Assembly: GCA_937899245.1 (NCBI GenBank)
Contig: CALDKB010000050.1
Location: 2,179-66,178, forward strand
DNA: 64,000 nucleotides
Direction: 5' to 3'
Source of the DNA: an uncultured Bacteroidales bacterium
GTDB taxonomy: Bacteria; Bacteroidota; Bacteroidia; Bacteroidales; ML635J-15
Shown one piece after another: positions 17,402 through 25,467 of this stretch; within the stretch, counting starts at the first letter, position 1, and each line of letters starts with the position of its first letter. The translations under genes and the position numbers were made by a program. The notes under the pieces are model-generated. The model did not search any database. It saw only the letters and a list, made by a program, of their open reading frames with translations, and was not told the origin of the DNA.

Positions 17402-20224
17402 TTAATATACCTTTACAGGACCAACCAATCCCAACGACACCAGCGGAACATTCCGTTTTATCATAAAATGCTGAACCGTTGGATTGTCCTTCATTTCAAG
17501 TTGCATATAATTGCCCATCAAGGTTGTAACCTTTATCTCAATGCTATTCTTTCCTCCATGAAGCAAATTGCCTATTTCGTAAATACGTTCTCCATACCAT
17601 TGAACACCACAAGCAACCCCATTTACAGTGAGTTCGCATATGTCGTACACCTTGCCAAGATTTATGTAGTTTGGAATTTCGCCATCCAATTCCAAGGTTG
17701 TACGATAAATTATATCGCCCATAAAATTCACAAAAGGAGTCTCCTTTAAGTCAACAAGTTGCTCAAGCACGGTGTCTTTTGTCCATTTTTCGGAAGAATG
17801 CACAAAAGTAAGCTGCCAATTGTTAAGCTCCAGAGCATTTGCGCCTTCCGCAGGTTTCTTCTGCCAAGCTTTTTCGCTCCTTTCATTATTGAATACAATT
17901 AGCCAAGCTTCAGAAGGACCAAACCGCAAATGCAGATTGCCGTTTTCAAGCGGCAGAACATAACGCGCACCATCATTTGCATCATAAAGCCATGCAGTCC
18001 TTCCATTTACAACAGCCGAAAAATCAATATCACTTTCAACCGACTCGTTTATATTGGCATTTGCTAAAAGGAAAACATCGGAACCATCATCGCCAACATA
18101 ATGATTCTGAAGCAAAAAACGATCTGGCCGTGCAATAGTTATATCGTGAGGCAAATCATATTTATTCATTACATCAAAATACCATTCGAGATATTTTCCG
18201 TCCGCCGGTTTCTTCAAAAGAACAAAATTCTGCGAATATTTCTTCATTTTCTCCACTGTAGAATGGATTTTTACATCGCGCTTTTGGTAATTCATTAAGC
18301 CAAGCGACTTATCTGGAAACTTTCCGACACAGAACACACGACCGCCTTTCTTCACAAATTCCAAAATTTTATCTGCTGATTCCTGCGAAAGGCCCGAGAC
18401 TTCGGCCAAAAACAATACCGAATATTCTTTTTTGCCGTAACATAACCTGCCATTTGCAACTGTAGCATTACTAATAATCGACTCGCTAACATAATCGGCG
18501 CCGCCGCCATTCTTATGAATTGCCTCCCACAGCAACGACGTGTACGGCACATTCAACTTCCCGGGAAAAGGTTCTGTTTGCACGCCATACTCTGTCCACA
18601 AATCGCAATTGGCTGGTAAAATTGCAATATCAGTCTGCATTTCGGCATTCTGCAAAAGGTAAGCCATGCGAGTTCGGTAGTCGTTAAGCAAATGAAAATA
18701 TTTCCACCATGTATTTTTTTCGTTGTAATAACTTCCGTACTGAACCCAGCCGGGCAATCCGGCTTCTGGCGGCGAATAATTAAATCCGTGCCAAACCGAA
18801 TGCGTAATTCCAGAGAAGGCGCTCATGTCGGAACCGACTTTCAGCAATTCGAGCGAAGTTGCAAACACACGATAAGTATTTGTCATTTCCTCGGCGCTCA
18901 CAACACGTTTTCCGCTCAAATGCGCAGCCGACGACACATATTTGTTAATCATCGTGTATGCACGTCCGCGCCTATAATCCTCATCGCCCATCTCCTCGCC
19001 TACCTTGTGACGAAGATAATTTGTAGTCCACGATTCGCCTTCGGGAATGTCATATCCAAGCGAAGTCTCCAACGGGAAAAAACCGTGGCCGTATGCCTGA
19101 GCTCGAGATTTTACACCTTGATTTTCACACCATTGCAAATAAGTTTTTGTGTAGCGCTCGTGCAAAAGTTCTGCCTTGGTAAGTTCAAAATCGTAACGCA
19201 CTCGATTTACCTTTTCATGAAAATCAGACGATTTTTGTGCGCCAAAATTGTAACTTACAACATCGCCCAACCGTCCGACTTTAAACATTATAAACGGCAG
19301 CCAAGGCATTAAATCATAGCCACGTCGCGACTTAAATTCCGCAGCAAAATCCGATGTCCAGTTGCAACCTTCAAGCTCCATGCTATCGACAAAATACGCG
19401 CGCAAATGAGCTTTTATCGGTCCCAATTTTGTTTGGAGAGTCACCGACATGTTATTCAAATAACGCTCTACAGCACCAGTATTCATGTGATCTACTATCG
19501 AACCAGCTGCACCCGGCGCACCATTAATTACACAGGCAAACGAATCGTAGCGAACTAGTGCATATACAAAATGTTTTCCCCGAGGAATGTCAATCGAAAT
19601 GGAATCTCCGGAAATTTTGTCCGTTAAATCCACAATCTGAGAAAGCGAGCAAATGGAATCGGGAGCCAGTTTTATGGCAACCAGTTCACTTGTACGGTCA
19701 GGATTGGGGACAGTCACACCAGGATCTACAGCTTTACAAATATCAGAGACAGAAAAAGTTATAGTCTGGCCGCCATCAATTTCCATTGCGTATGTCAGCA
19801 TTACCGAAGCACGCTCATCGCGGGGCAAGGTTTCAGAACCAAAAGGCCAACCCGAGCCAACAATTAGGTCGCATTGCATACCTAATCGTTCGGCTTCGTC
19901 AAAAGTCGTCTTCAAGGCCGAAATCCACTCGTCAGACAGCCACACTAGCGACCTTTTGCCCATATCATCACATCGCGAAGGAAATTCTATAGGATTTATC
20001 TCGACACCGCCAATGCCAGCCTCTTTAAGCAATCGCAATTCGCGGACAAGTTCTTGTGGCTCAACTTTGTCGCCATTCCACCACCAGCGTACAAAAGGAC
20101 GATATTTTGCATCCGGATTGCGAAACTGCTCGTACAATCCAGCCGAAGCCTGACCGAAAGTTTGTGGCATGGAAATGGCCACAACAACAACGAGCAATAA
20201 TATTTTCGCAAAGTGATTTCGCAT
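17402..20224 (-). CDS. large glycoside hydrolase, GH106-like (alpha-L-rhamnosidase-like)
   Basis: Signal peptide. N-terminal YEQFRNPDAKYRPFVRWWWNGD motif and a C-terminal galactose-binding-like domain, as I recall for the GH106 family. Start moved to MRNHFAK (20224), because the -7 box overlaps the longer start. Confidence 0.55.
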   Translation of the reverse strand: MRNHFAKILLLVVVVAISMPQTFGQASAGLYEQFRNPDAKYRPFVRWWWNGDKVEPQELVRELRLLKEAGIGGVEINPIEFPSRCDDMGKRSLVWLSDEWISALKTTFDEAERLGMQCDLIVGSGWPFGSETLPRDERASVMLTYAMEIDGGQTITFSVSDICKAVDPGVTVPNPDRTSELVAIKLAPDSICSLSQIVDLTDKISGDSISIDIPRGKHFVYALVRYDSFACVINGAPGAAGSIVDHMNTGAVERYLNNMSVTLQTKLGPIKAHLRAYFVDSMELEGCNWTSDFAAEFKSRRGYDLMPWLPFIMFKVGRLGDVVSYNFGAQKSSDFHEKVNRVRYDFELTKAELLHERYTKTYLQWCENQGVKSRAQAYGHGFFPLETSLGYDIPEGESWTTNYLRHKVGEEMGDEDYRRGRAYTMINKYVSSAAHLSGKRVVSAEEMTNTYRVFATSLELLKVGSDMSAFSGITHSVWHGFNYSPPEAGLPGWVQYGSYYNEKNTWWKYFHLLNDYRTRMAYLLQNAEMQTDIAILPANCDLWTEYGVQTEPFPGKLNVPYTSLLWEAIHKNGGGADYVSESIISNATVANGRLCYGKKEYSVLFLAEVSGLSQESADKILEFVKKGGRVFCVGKFPDKSLGLMNYQKRDVKIHSTVEKMKKYSQNFVLLKKPADGKYLEWYFDVMNKYDLPHDITIARPDRFLLQNHYVGDDGSDVFLLANANINESVESDIDFSAVVNGRTAWLYDANDGARYVLPLENGNLHLRFGPSEAWLIVFNNERSEKAWQKKPAEGANALELNNWQLTFVHSSEKWTKDTVLEQLVDLKETPFVNFMGDIIYRTTLELDGEIPNYINLGKVYDICELTVNGVACGVQWYGERIYEIGNLLHGGKNSIEIKVTTLMGNYMQLEMKDNPTVQHFMIKRNVPLVSLGLVGPVKVY

Positions 20225-20233
20225 AATTAGACA

Positions 20234-20241
20234 CAAAGGTA
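20234..20241 (-). promoter_or_regulatory. Bacteroidetes -7 box (TACCTTTG) for the GH106-like/GH28 genes
   Basis: The reverse complement reads TAccTTTG, only about 10 nt upstream of the ATG at 20224. This implies a very short leader. Confidence 0.5.
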
Positions 20242-20283
20242 AAAAAGATTAGAAAATTCGAGGATTTGAGAATTTGAAAATTT

Positions 20284-20347
20284 ACGAACTATCGTTCGTG
20301 ATGTTAGGCTACATCACTATATAGTAACATCATACGCGATAGCGTAT
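20284..20347. promoter_or_regulatory. cluster of inverted repeats in the divergent GH106-like / GH92 promoter region
   Basis: ACGAAC-tatc-GTTCGT (20284-20299); GATGTTA...TAACATC (20300-20306 / 20325-20331) enclosing the perfect palindrome ACTATATAGT (20316-20325); ATACGC-gata-GCGTAT (20332-20347). Confidence 0.45.
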
Positions 20348-20394
20348 AAATTATTTCAAACAAATTCTTTATCTTCGCATCAAATTCTTCAAAT

Positions 20395-22755
20395 ATGAAA
20401 CGGAAAATCATTCAAGCAATAATTCTTCTTTCAACACTACCGCTTTTTTCATTTGCACAAAGCAATTCCGAATTTGTAAACGTCATGATTGGCACAAACG
20501 GAATGGGACATACATTTCCAGGCGCCTGCTATCCATACGGAGCCGTTCAGCTAAGTCCCGACACCGACACAATTCCACACAATGTCAATGGTGCATATCA
20601 GCCACATGCATACGACTACTGTGCCGGCTACCAATATCGCGACAAGACAATCGTCGGCTTCAGCCATACGCATTTCAGCGGTACTGGCCATTCTGATCTG
20701 GGCGACATACTTATCATGCCATATTCCGGCGAAACGAAGCTCAATCCAGGCACTGCCGATAATCCCGACAGCGGATACCGCCAGCGTTTCAGACACGAAA
20801 CCGAAATCGCACATCCCGGATACTACGAAGTAACTCTTGACGATGACAATATTCGCTGCCAGCTTTCAGTGACACCTCACATTGGTGCACACCGCTACAC
20901 TTTTCAAAAAGATGATGTCCAGAAGATTATCCTTGACTTAAACCACGCAATCTACAATTACGACGGAAAAGTTTTGTGGGCTCAGGCAAATGTCGACACC
21001 AAAGAAAACATGATTGTTGGATACCGCATTACAAGTGGTTGGAGCCGAGTAAACCACACATATTTTGCGATTAAATGTAGCAAAAAAATCAAACATTTTG
21101 GCTGTCATGACTTTGTCCCACAGCAATACCATGGTTTCTGGGACAGATTCGACGCCGAACACGATTTCCCCGAAATGGCAGGTCGCAAATTATCATGCTG
21201 GTTTGAATTTGAAAACGATGGAAATGAAGTTCTGGAACTTTTTGTTGGAATTTCGGCAACAAGTATCGATGGCGCAATCAACAACCTGAATGCCGAAATC
21301 AACGATTTTGAGACAATTCGCAAAAACGCAGAAAACGCATGGGCTAATCGGCTCTCTGTTATCGAGTGCGAAGGTCCAAACGACGCAAAAGCCATGATTT
21401 ACACTTCGTTGTATCACACATTAATTAATCCGGCATTATATCAGGATGTTGATGGAAATTACAGAGGAATCGATCAGAATATCCACAATACCAATGGCGA
21501 GTTCACAAATTATACTGTATTTTCTGTTTGGGACACATATCGTGCCTTTCATCCTCTGATAACACTTCTCGACACATCTCTAACACACAATGTAATTTAT
21601 TCTTTCTTGAGCCACCAAGCTCAAAGTCCGCATAAAATGCTCCCGGTTTGGAGCCACATGGGCAGCGAAAACTGGTGTATGATTGGTTACCATGGAGTTT
21701 CCGTAATTGCCGATGCAATTGAAAAAGGTTACCTCAAAGGCTCAGACAAAAGCGGTCCGGCAATGTTCGCAATGAGCAAATCGGCAAATTGCAGCTACTA
21801 CAGCAATACCGACACTTACCAAACTCTCGGTTACGTTCCAATTGAACTCAATCGCAGCGGCACATCTGTAACTCTTGAGAACGCATACGAAGATTGGACA
21901 ATTTATCATACTGCGCAAGAATTCAGCAAAACATATCCGGAACTGCACTACGACAACGAGCTTATCGACTACTATCGGAACCGAGCACTTAGCTACAAGA
22001 ACGTTTATGACACTACAATCGGATTTGTCCGCGCCCGTCATGCCGATGGAAGCTGGAAAACTCCATATAGTCTTCTTTCCACATCTGGCGAAGGTCTGAT
22101 TGAAGGGAATGCATGGAATTACAGTTTTTATGTTCCTCACGATGTCAATGGAATGATGCGTCTAATGGGCGGAGAAAAAGCATTTATCACTAAACTTGAC
22201 ACCCTTTTCACCATGTACATTCCCGACAAGTTCTTCGCAGAAACAGAAGATGTAACACGAGAAGGAATGCTTGGAGGATACGTTCAGGGCAACGAACCTA
22301 GCCATCACATTCCATTCCTGTACATGTGGACATCACAACCATGGAAAACACAGTACTGGATGCGAGAAATCATGAACAAAATGTATCGCAACAACATGGA
22401 CGGGCTTTGTGGCAACGACGACTGCGGACAAATGTCGGCTTGGTATATTTTCGGTGCAATGGGATTTTATCCTGTGTGTCCCGGCTCTGGCGAATATGTT
22501 TTTGGCGCGCCATACGTTCCTTACATGAAGGTTGCACTTGGAAACGGCAAAAAGCTTGAAATCGTTGCACCGAAAATCAGCGACAAGAACCGCTACATTC
22601 AGGAAATACGTTGGAATGGAAAAACTTACACAAAGGCCTATATCACTCACGAAGAGCTTATGAATGGTGGAAAATTGGAATTTGTGATGACATCGAAACC
22701 TAACAAGAAACTATTCCAGAACAAGGAAGACAAACCATATAGCTTGAGCGAATAG
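20395..22755 (+). CDS. GH92 family glycoside hydrolase (alpha-mannosidase)
   Basis: Signal peptide; VNVMIGTNGMGHTFPGA, GNEPSHHIPFLY and GNDDCGQMSAWY motifs; 786 aa. Confidence 0.9.
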   Translation: MKRKIIQAIILLSTLPLFSFAQSNSEFVNVMIGTNGMGHTFPGACYPYGAVQLSPDTDTIPHNVNGAYQPHAYDYCAGYQYRDKTIVGFSHTHFSGTGHSDLGDILIMPYSGETKLNPGTADNPDSGYRQRFRHETEIAHPGYYEVTLDDDNIRCQLSVTPHIGAHRYTFQKDDVQKIILDLNHAIYNYDGKVLWAQANVDTKENMIVGYRITSGWSRVNHTYFAIKCSKKIKHFGCHDFVPQQYHGFWDRFDAEHDFPEMAGRKLSCWFEFENDGNEVLELFVGISATSIDGAINNLNAEINDFETIRKNAENAWANRLSVIECEGPNDAKAMIYTSLYHTLINPALYQDVDGNYRGIDQNIHNTNGEFTNYTVFSVWDTYRAFHPLITLLDTSLTHNVIYSFLSHQAQSPHKMLPVWSHMGSENWCMIGYHGVSVIADAIEKGYLKGSDKSGPAMFAMSKSANCSYYSNTDTYQTLGYVPIELNRSGTSVTLENAYEDWTIYHTAQEFSKTYPELHYDNELIDYYRNRALSYKNVYDTTIGFVRARHADGSWKTPYSLLSTSGEGLIEGNAWNYSFYVPHDVNGMMRLMGGEKAFITKLDTLFTMYIPDKFFAETEDVTREGMLGGYVQGNEPSHHIPFLYMWTSQPWKTQYWMREIMNKMYRNNMDGLCGNDDCGQMSAWYIFGAMGFYPVCPGSGEYVFGAPYVPYMKVALGNGKKLEIVAPKISDKNRYIQEIRWNGKTYTKAYITHEELMNGGKLEFVMTSKPNKKLFQNKEDKPYSLSE

Positions 22756-22758
22756 GCG

Positions 22759-23571
22759 CTACCTATAGTTTATCATATATACATTGGTAGTGCCATCCTT
22801 TTCACGCCTTTCAATTATTCTGCTGATACGGCTCAAACTGTCGTACTCAAACGATGCACTTGAAATTTCCTCACCTTCATGGTTAAAGACCGTTGTCTTT
22901 ACCACCTGGTCATTTTCATAGATAAAAACTTTTGCCTCTGCAGCTCCGACAATATGTTTTCTTGTAACTTCGGCAAGAATATCATAGTCGTCGGCAATGG
23001 ATTCCGGCCTCTGAGCCCTACGGAAAACAAGTTCCTTCTGGTCGTATGCTATTGTTGATATCGAGCCGCGACTAACAATCCTGTCGAGCGAATCAACCTC
23101 TGCAACCATAATGCTATCTGCGGTTCTCTCAATACGATATTTGCTTGTTACAGAACTTCCCGAATAAGAAATCTGTGTTGACAGCAGATTATTATTGTCA
23201 TATTCGTAAAGCACACCGCCAAGCATCGTAGAATCCATTGAAAAATACACCTCTTCAAATGGTAGATTGTGTGAATTATATTTTACGATTGTGAATGATT
23301 TCGGTCTGTTTCCTTCTCCAAAATAAATTATTTTGTTCGGCTGACCATCTTTATTATAGTAGGTTTCCGAAAACAAGACTTTGGTTCTAGAAATAACATT
23401 GTCCTTAACAGTAACCTTCCAAGTAACAGAAGAATGCACGGAATTATTTTTTATGCTCTGGAAGCATTTTTCGCACGACAAAGCATCAGAGGCGGTCACG
23501 GGAATCCAAACTTGCGACCTAACTGCCAGCGTGGCAACGGTCATAAAAATGAATAATATAACACCTCTCAT
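22759..23571 (-). CDS. hypothetical secreted repeat protein
   Basis: Signal peptide. Repeated YxYD-type motifs (YEYDNNNLLS, FEYDSLSRISRI) similar in style to the 3-767 protein. Confidence 0.5.
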   Translation of the reverse strand: MRGVILFIFMTVATLAVRSQVWIPVTASDALSCEKCFQSIKNNSVHSSVTWKVTVKDNVISRTKVLFSETYYNKDGQPNKIIYFGEGNRPKSFTIVKYNSHNLPFEEVYFSMDSTMLGGVLYEYDNNNLLSTQISYSGSSVTSKYRIERTADSIMVAEVDSLDRIVSRGSISTIAYDQKELVFRRAQRPESIADDYDILAEVTRKHIVGAAEAKVFIYENDQVVKTTVFNHEGEEISSASFEYDSLSRISRIIERREKDGTTNVYMINYR

Positions 23572-23579
23572 AAGAATGT

Positions 23580-24530
23580 CTACTTTTTGAAAAGAGAATC
23601 TACAAATTCTCGCTTATCGAAAAGTTGCAAATCATCAATACCCTCGCCTACGCCAATATATTTAATAGGAATTTTGAATTGGTCGGAGATGCCAATAACA
23701 ACACCGCCCTTAGCCGTTCCGTCGAGTTTTGTAACGGCTAGCGAATTAATTTCGGTGGCCTTCATGAACTGCTTTGCCTGTTCGTATGCGTTCTGGCCGG
23801 TAGAGCCGTCGAGCACGAGCAAAATTTCGTGCGGAGCCTCCGGCACTAGTTTCTGCATAACACGCTTTATTTTCGACAACTCATTCATCAAGTTAATCTT
23901 ATTATGCAAACGTCCTGCCGTATCAATAAGCACGACGTCGGCACCTGCCTTACGAGCCGATGCCAGTGTATCGTATGCGACAGAAGCCGGATCTGACCCC
24001 ATGTCATGACGAACCATATGGACGCCAACTCTGTCGGCCCATACCTGAAGCTGATCTATTGCCGCAGCCCTAAAAGTATCAGCAGCTCCGATATATACCG
24101 ACTTGCCTGCCTTTTTGAAATTATTTGCAAGCTTGCCTATTGTTGTGGTCTTACCGACTCCATTAACGCCGACAACCATGATTACATACGGCTCGCCATT
24201 AGGAGTGGTGAAATCAGGATTTGTCATATCGGGACCACTTTCCATAAGGGAGGCAATTGTTGAACGAAGCAATTCGTTCAGTTCGTCTGTCCCCACATAC
24301 TTTTCAGACTTTACCCGTTCCTGTATCTTCTCAATTATCTTTACCGTCGTCTCTACCCCAACGTCAGAAGTTATTAGCACTTCTTCAAGCTCATCAAGTA
24401 CATCTTCATCAACGGTCGATTTACGGAATATCAACCGACCAATCTTCGAAAACAACCCTGACCGTGTTTTTTCAAGACCACTATCTAGCTTATCTTTTTT
24501 TTCCTTTCCAAAAAGTCCAAAGAATGCCAT
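23580..24530 (-). CDS. ftsY: signal recognition particle-docking protein FtsY
   Basis: GVNGVGKTTTIGKLA, DTAGRLH and TKLDGTAKGG motifs. Confidence 0.95.
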   Translation of the reverse strand: MAFFGLFGKEKKDKLDSGLEKTRSGLFSKIGRLIFRKSTVDEDVLDELEEVLITSDVGVETTVKIIEKIQERVKSEKYVGTDELNELLRSTIASLMESGPDMTNPDFTTPNGEPYVIMVVGVNGVGKTTTIGKLANNFKKAGKSVYIGAADTFRAAAIDQLQVWADRVGVHMVRHDMGSDPASVAYDTLASARKAGADVVLIDTAGRLHNKINLMNELSKIKRVMQKLVPEAPHEILLVLDGSTGQNAYEQAKQFMKATEINSLAVTKLDGTAKGGVVIGISDQFKIPIKYIGVGEGIDDLQLFDKREFVDSLFKK

Positions 24531-24553
24531 AACAAGACCATTTAACTAAAACG

Positions 24554-24590
24554 ACAAAAAGCACCTGTCTGATTTAATTACAGCAGGTGC
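24554..24590 (-). terminator. hairpin plus T-tract between the DUF4295 gene and ftsY (terminator/attenuator)
   Basis: On the minus strand this reads GCACCTGCTG-taattaaat-CAGaCAGGTGC followed by TTTTTGT. Only about 25 nt separate it from the ftsY start. Confidence 0.6.
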
Positions 24591-24612
24591 TATAAGATTA
24601 ATTAACAATTAA

Positions 24613-24765
24613 CTATTTCTTAAAAAAATCCTTAGACAAGTCCTTGTCAATAACTGCAGACTTAAACTGATAAGAACCAGTTTCTGGATTCTTTACCATC
24701 TTTATGCACTTTACGAAAACCTGTCCGCCTTCCTTCTTAAGGGTTGCAACTACTTTCTTTGCCAT
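24613..24765 (-). CDS. DUF4295 family small protein
   Basis: 50-aa ORF not in the supplied track (below its length cutoff): MAKKVVATLKKEGGQVFVKCIKMVKNPETGSYQFKSAVIDKDLSKDFFKK. It sits in the conserved position after rpmB-rpmG. Confidence 0.75.
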   Translation of the reverse strand: MAKKVVATLKKEGGQVFVKCIKMVKNPETGSYQFKSAVIDKDLSKDFFKK

Positions 24766-24774
24766 AACCTAAAC

Positions 24775-24963
24775 TTATTTAATTTCTCTGTGAATTGTAA
24801 CCTTCTTCAAAATTGGATTGTACTTCTTCATTTCCAATCTATCCGGAGTATTCTTTCTATTCTTGGTAGTGATATACCTAGATGTACCTGGTAAACCTGA
24901 TGCCTTGTGCTCTGTACATTCAAGAATAACCTGTACACGATTTCCTTTACTTTTCTTTGCCAT
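24775..24963 (-). CDS. rpmG: 50S ribosomal protein L33
   Basis: 62 aa; [19 protein letters not shown]...[15 protein letters not shown]. Confidence 0.95.
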   Translation of the reverse strand: MAKKSKGNRVQVILECTEHKASGLPGTSRYITTKNRKNTPDRLEMKKYNPILKKVTIHREIK

Positions 24964-24982
24964 TTTTAATCCTCCCGACTAA

Positions 24983-25219
24983 TTATTTAACATAGCCATT
25001 TTTTTCGGCATCTCTAAGTGCAGCCTTCAAGCCTTTCTTTGCGATTGTTCTCATTCCAGAAGTAGAAACTTTCAATTCTACCCACTGGCCTGCCTCTTCG
25101 TCAAAAATACGCTTAGTCTTTAAATTAACGTCAAACGTTCTTTTTGTTCTGCGTCTAGAGTGAGATACATTGTTTCCCACCATTGCCGTTTTTCCTGTAA
25201 CTTGACAAACTCGTGCCAT
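24983..25219 (-). CDS. rpmB: 50S ribosomal protein L28
   Basis: 78 aa; MARVCQVTGK...GNNVSHSRRRTKRTF. Confidence 0.95.
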   Translation of the reverse strand: MARVCQVTGKTAMVGNNVSHSRRRTKRTFDVNLKTKRIFDEEAGQWVELKVSTSGMRTIAKKGLKAALRDAEKNGYVK

Positions 25220-25467
25220 AACTCTTTTTAATTTTTATCTCTTTAATTTTTGGACTGCAAAAGTCGCACTTTTTGCTCAAACAACAAATTTTTTTTTGAT
25301 GTTTTTGCTTTTTTTTATTAACACAAGATTAAACATTTTGAATATCAACCAATTACACAGCCAACTACTCGTAATTATGCTGTTATATCCACAATTGTCT
25401 CGCATAAATTTTGTTTATGTGCAATTATTGAAGTTATTTTGCCGCGAAATTTAAGAATTTATCAAAG

